A stretch of DNA of 38,885 nucleotides from Octopus sinensis. Taxonomy: Eukaryota. The DNA lies in assembly GCF_006345805.1 (NCBI RefSeq), contig NW_021835734.1, positions 1-38,885 on the forward strand, given 5' to 3'. The notes under the pieces are model-generated. The model did no database searches, was not told the DNA's origin, and saw only the letters and a program-made list of their open reading frames with translations. Each line of letters begins with the position of its first letter. Position 1 is the stretch's first letter. Of the stretch, positions 33,841 through 38,885 are shown piece by piece. A program made the translations under genes and the position numbers.

Positions 33841-34364
33841 AGTGGGTGTCAAATAATAATAATCACTTAAGAAAATTATCCTGAGACACCATCTGCACAA
33901 AAAAATAACAGTCAAGTTAAGACAATTACAGAGATAGTTGTTGATTCCCTGTATTGGTCTATCAGCAATGTAAACAATGGCCTCTTTTCAATGAACTCAT
34001 TAATCTAACCTTTGTAGTTTATCTTTCTTTGTCACAGTGACGTTTGCAACTTCAAGGTAATTAATTGCCAAGGTAACATCATAAAATCAAAGTCTCAAGG
34101 AACAAATTGTGTTTCTTAAATTCTCAACAGTTTACAGATAACCATATTTCTGCAGGAGCCTCTGAGGAGACATCTAAGTAGTTACTCTAGATGCTAGGAA
34201 TAGCAGCCAAAACTCTCTTGCCTCAAACGGTCAGGAGAAAAAATAGGATAGATTGAATAATGTACTCCTAACTATACAATGATTAGGAGAAAGACAGGAT
34301 GGTTATGACTGGAACACCTTTAATCAGAAGACTACTCAACAAGAACAACATATTTCTGGACAGG

Positions 34365-34460
34365 CATGGCTATGTGGTAAGAAGTTTGCTTTCCAACCAC
34401 ATGGTTTCTAGTTCAATCCTACTGCGTAGCATCTTGGGCAAGCATTTTCTACATATACCC
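34365..34460 (+). mobile_element. tRNA-derived SINE head
   Basis: GGCATGGCTATGTGGTAAG...AGTTCAATCCTACTGCG. Confidence 0.65.
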
Positions 34461-34572
34461 CTACCCGGAATTCTTATATATATAAAACATAAGTTTACTA
34501 TTTATATACATATATATATATACACATATATATATATACGTATACATATATATACATATACATATATATATA

Positions 34573-36608
34573 CATCATCATCATCATTTAGCATCCGCTT
34601 TCCATGCTAGCATGGGTTGGACGGTTCAACTGGGGTCTGAAGCCACAAGGCTGCATCAGGCACAGTCTGATCTGGCAGTGTTTCTACGACTGGATGTCCT
34701 TCCTGACGCCAACCACTCCGTGAGTGTAGTGGGTGCTTTTTACGTGCCACCCGCACAGGTGCCAGACGGAGCTGGCAAATGGCCACGGACGGATGGTGCT
34801 TTTTACGTGCCACAGGCACGGGGGCCAGGCAAGGCTGGCAACGGCCCAGAACGGATGGTGCTTTTCTGTGCCACCGGTACGGGGGCCATGCGAGGCTAGC
34901 AATGGCCACGAACGGATGGTGCTTTTTACGTGCCACCAGCACGGAGGCTAGTCGGGGCGGCGTTGGCAACGGCCACGATCGGATGGTTCGCTTACTTGTC
35001 ACCGGCACTGGTATCACAGCTGCAATTTCCATTGATGTTGATCGAGTTCGATTTTGGTTCTGCTTTCTGATATCTGATTTGATTTGGTTTGATTTTGATT
35101 TTCACTTGCCTCAACGGGTCTTCACAAGCGGAGTTCCGTGTCCTAAGAAGGAAAGGTATGGACAAGTCGACTGGCTACATCCCAGGTAGAGGCCACAGGT
35201 TATGGTCTCAATAGTCTTGCCGGGTCTTCTCACGCACAGCATACTTCCATAGGTCTCGGTCTCTAGTCCTTTCCTTGGTGAGACCTAAAGTTTGAAGGTC
35301 GTGCTTCACCACCTCGTCCCAGGTTTTCCTGGGTCTACCTCTTCCACAGGTTCCCTCAACTGCTAGGGTGTGGGACTTTTGCACACAACTATCTTCAGCC
35401 ATTCTTGTCACATGACCATATAGCGCAAACGTCTCTTGAACACCACAACTGATGCTTCTTAGGTCCAACTTTTCTCTCAAGGTACTTACACTCTGTCGAT
35501 TATGAACACTGACATTACACATCCATTGGAGCATACTGGCTTCATTTCTTGTGAGCTTACGCATATCCTCAGCAGTCACAGCCCATGTTTCACTACCATG
35601 TAGCATGGCTGTTCGTACACATGCATCATACAGTTTGCTTTTACTCTGAGCAAGTGGCCTTTTGTCACCAGCAGGGGTAAAAGCACTCTAAACTTTGCCC
35701 AGGCTATTCTTACTCTAGCAGTTACACTTTCAGCACACCCACCCCCACTACTGACTTGGTCACCTAGGGAGCAGAAGCTATCAACTGCTTCTAGTTTTTC
35801 TCCCTGGAATGTGGTAGAAGTTGGTCTCTGCGCATTTTCAGTGTTTATTGCTCCTGAGCATCTGCCATATACAAAAACTATTTTCCTAGTTAGCTTTCCT
35901 TTGACATTGCTGCACCTCTTGTGTGTCCATAGCTTACACTTGGTGCATCTTATAGAGTTTCTACCTACAACTTTTTTACAGATCGAGCAGGGCCATCTAC
36001 CTGAAGGCGTTTGTGATTGGTCTACGTTCCTACTTATTAGGACTTAGGTTTTGGCCAGTTTGATTCTAAGGCCCTTTAATTCTAATCCTCGCTTCCACAC
36101 CTGAAACTTCTCCTCCAGTTCTGATAGTGACTCAGCAATTAGAGCAAGGTCATCAGCATAGAGGAGCTCCCAGGGGCATCCTGTCTTGAATTCCTCCGTT
36201 ATTGCCTGGAGGACTATGACAAATAGGAGGGGACTGAGGACTGAACCTTGGTGGACCCCAACCTCTACCCGGAATTCTTCACTGTATTCACTGCCAACCC
36301 CCACCTTACTAGCAGCGTCTCTGTACATGGCTCGCACAGCTCTCACTCACCATTCATCTATCCCTAGTTTCCTCAATGACCACCAGATAAGGGATCGGGG
36401 GACCCTGTCAAAGGCTTTCTCCATGTCAACAAAAGCCAGGTACAGGGGGTTATCTTTGGCTAGGTATTTCTCCTGCAGCTGTCTTACCAGGAATATAGCA
36501 TCAGTAGTACTTTTCCTTGGCACGAACCCAAACTGGATCTCATCTAAGCTAACTCTCTCTCTAATTAGTTGGGCTATGACCCTATCCGTAACCTTCATTA
36601 CCTGATCC
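34573..36608 (-). mobile_element. RTE LINE copy 3, 5'-truncated, with stops
   Basis: ORFs 36347-36622, 36044-36346 (LYADDL) and 35208-35606; PHD at about 35850-36000; (GAT)n tail at 34573. Confidence 0.93.
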
Positions 36609-36784
36609 ATATTCATATACATATATATACAAATATATATATATACACATATATATACAAATATATATATATATACACATATATATAAAAATATATATAT
36701 ATATACATATACACATATATATAAAAATATATATACTTTGATAGGTTTCGGCCATTATTGGCCCAGGCCATGTCTAACTTAATA

Positions 36785-36833
<49 letters not shown>

Positions 36834-36847
36834 CATATATATATACA

Positions 36848-36880
<33 letters not shown>

Positions 36881-36893
36881 CATATATATATAC

Positions 36894-36924
<31 letters not shown>

Positions 36925-37203
36925 CATATATATATACATAGATATATATAATATATACATATATATACACATATATACACATATATATACATATATATAT
37001 ATATATATACATATATATATACATATATATATACTATATATATATATATATACATAATATATATATATATAACATATATATATAATATATATACATATAT
37101 ATATACATATATATATACATATATATATAGATATATACATATATATATACATATATTATACATATATATATACATAATATATACAATATATATATATACA
37201 TAG

Positions 37204-37256
<53 letters not shown>

Positions 37257-37593
37257 TATATATAGATATATACATATATATATATACAGATATATATATA
37301 CATATATAGATATATACATATATAATATACATATATATAGATATACATATATATATATTATACATATATATAATATATACATATATATAACATATATATA
37401 TATTACATATATATATATATATACAATATATATATATATATATATACATATACACATATATATATACATATACACATATATATGTATACATATATATACA
37501 TACATATATATATATACATACATATATAGATATACATACATATATAGATATACATACATATACACACATATATATATATATATACATATACAC

Positions 37594-37627
<34 letters not shown>

Positions 37628-37939
37628 ATATATATATACATATACACATATATATGTATACATATATATACATACATATATATATATACATACATATATA
37701 GATATACATACATATATATATATACATACATATATAGATATACATACATATATATATATAGATATACATACATATATATATAGATATACATACATATATA
37801 TATAGATATACATACATATATATATAGATATACATACATATATATATAGATATACATACATATATATATATAGATATACATACATATATATACAGATATA
37901 CATACATATATATACAGATATACATACATATATATACAG

Positions 37940-37975
<36 letters not shown>

Positions 37976-37978
37976 AGA
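36609..37978. repeat. (TA)n array, about 1.37 kb, with higher-order ~22-nt units and a 45-bp island
   Basis: TACATACATATATATATAGATA-like units at about 37690-37960; non-TA island at 36736-36780. Confidence 0.97.
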
Positions 37979-38155
37979 TGTACTCGCATTGCAAGTAATT
38001 TGATCTGAGATCGTGTGCTGAAACGAAAACAATTGCAGCGTAGAAGGTGTTTATAAGCCATTTAAGAAACACACAAAAACCGTTCGATTCACTTCAACAT
38101 TTAAGATTAATTTGTCAAAATATTTTCGTCGCTAAAATCCGCGACCTGTTCACTG
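37979..38155 (-). mobile_element. Penelope-like tail with hammerhead-like hairpin
   Basis: Minus strand reads GUGAACA-G-GUCGC(ggauuuua)GCGAC-GAAA-AUAU-UUUGAC. Recognised from memory as a common octopus repeat. Confidence 0.45.
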
Positions 38156-38885
38156 CTTTCAATTTGTTTGTTTAGGCGATTTGAGATTTTTGTACGCTGT
38201 CTCATTAGAATTTTCCTCTCTCTGGGGATTTTGTTCTTGTATACAGTGGCCTTTCTCTCTGGGACACATTTGTAGCAAATGGCTTGCATTACAGACATGA
38301 ATTGTTGAAGTTTCATGTCGATGTCTGGTGAGGAGAGACATTTAGTCCAGTTTTGTTTGAGGATCTCTTTCTCAATTTGTTTCCAGTTTGCCTTGTGGAA
38401 GTTCAAGCTGGAAAGATTCTGAGAGTTTCTTGTAGGCTGCATGTCCATGCTTTCCTTTGGCCCGTACATGGTCAGCTCTACCATGTTGTGATCCGAGAGT
38501 AGTGTCGGTGTCACTTTCACATTATGGATGAGATCCATATTATTTGTGAAGCAGAGATCCAGTGTGTTACCTGCTCTGGTTGGTTGGAGTATTACTTGCT
38601 CCATGTACAGGGTGTTGATGAGGTTCAGGAGGGACCTCGCCTGTCCCCGTTCACATCGTGTTATTCCTGGGAGAGAAAGGCCCTTGGGCCATCTGACATT
38701 GGGTAGGTTGAAGTCTCCCATAAGAAGTACACTTATGTGCTGTTCTAGTGTGACTAGAACTTCTTTTATTTTTATAAGGCAGTCTTAAACTTGCCCATAT
38801 GGCTTGTGGCATCTGGAGGGCGATATGTAGCACACACAATTACACCAAGTTGCCTTACAATTAGTGTGTCACATACCGAGTTTGA
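38149..38885 (-). mobile_element. CR1-clade LINE copy C (EN region), 3'-truncated
   Basis: ORF 38107-38721(-) is nearly identical to 7368-7991(-); homology to copy B stops at 38149. Confidence 0.92.

Overview
Repeat-saturated eukaryotic window. The SINE/LINE families, the (TA)n/(CA)n load and the AT content point to a coleoid cephalopod, probably Octopus; this is inferred from family recognition, not from a search. Bases 1-16033 are almost entirely retroelements: two convergent CR1-clade LINEs separated by a 1.7-kb TA array (the second contains an internal fold-back duplication), a decayed Ty3/Gypsy element (truncated 5' LTR, tRNA-Leu PBS, gag, pol, PPT, full 3' LTR) and an RTE LINE. One convincing host coding exon lies on the minus strand (16945-17312), so much of the window is probably intronic. 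The rest is a patchwork of tRNA-derived SINEs, two Helitrons, Tc1/mariner and Chapaev-like relics, two more RTE copies, a third CR1 copy and Penelope-like tails. The most interesting items are: (1) a palindromic head-to-head element of tRNA-like Pol III heads with Penelope-type tails, carrying an apparently intact minimal hammerhead ribozyme (21794-22285), with further hammerhead-like relics elsewhere; (2) a 581-codon chimeric ORF that starts at a CpG-derived ATG in the Gypsy 3' LTR and reads into an RTE RT that has lost all three catalytic aspartates but has only in-frame indels and keeps a PHD finger; (3) a near-perfect 457-bp fold-back inside a LINE. Approximate boundaries were set by eye.
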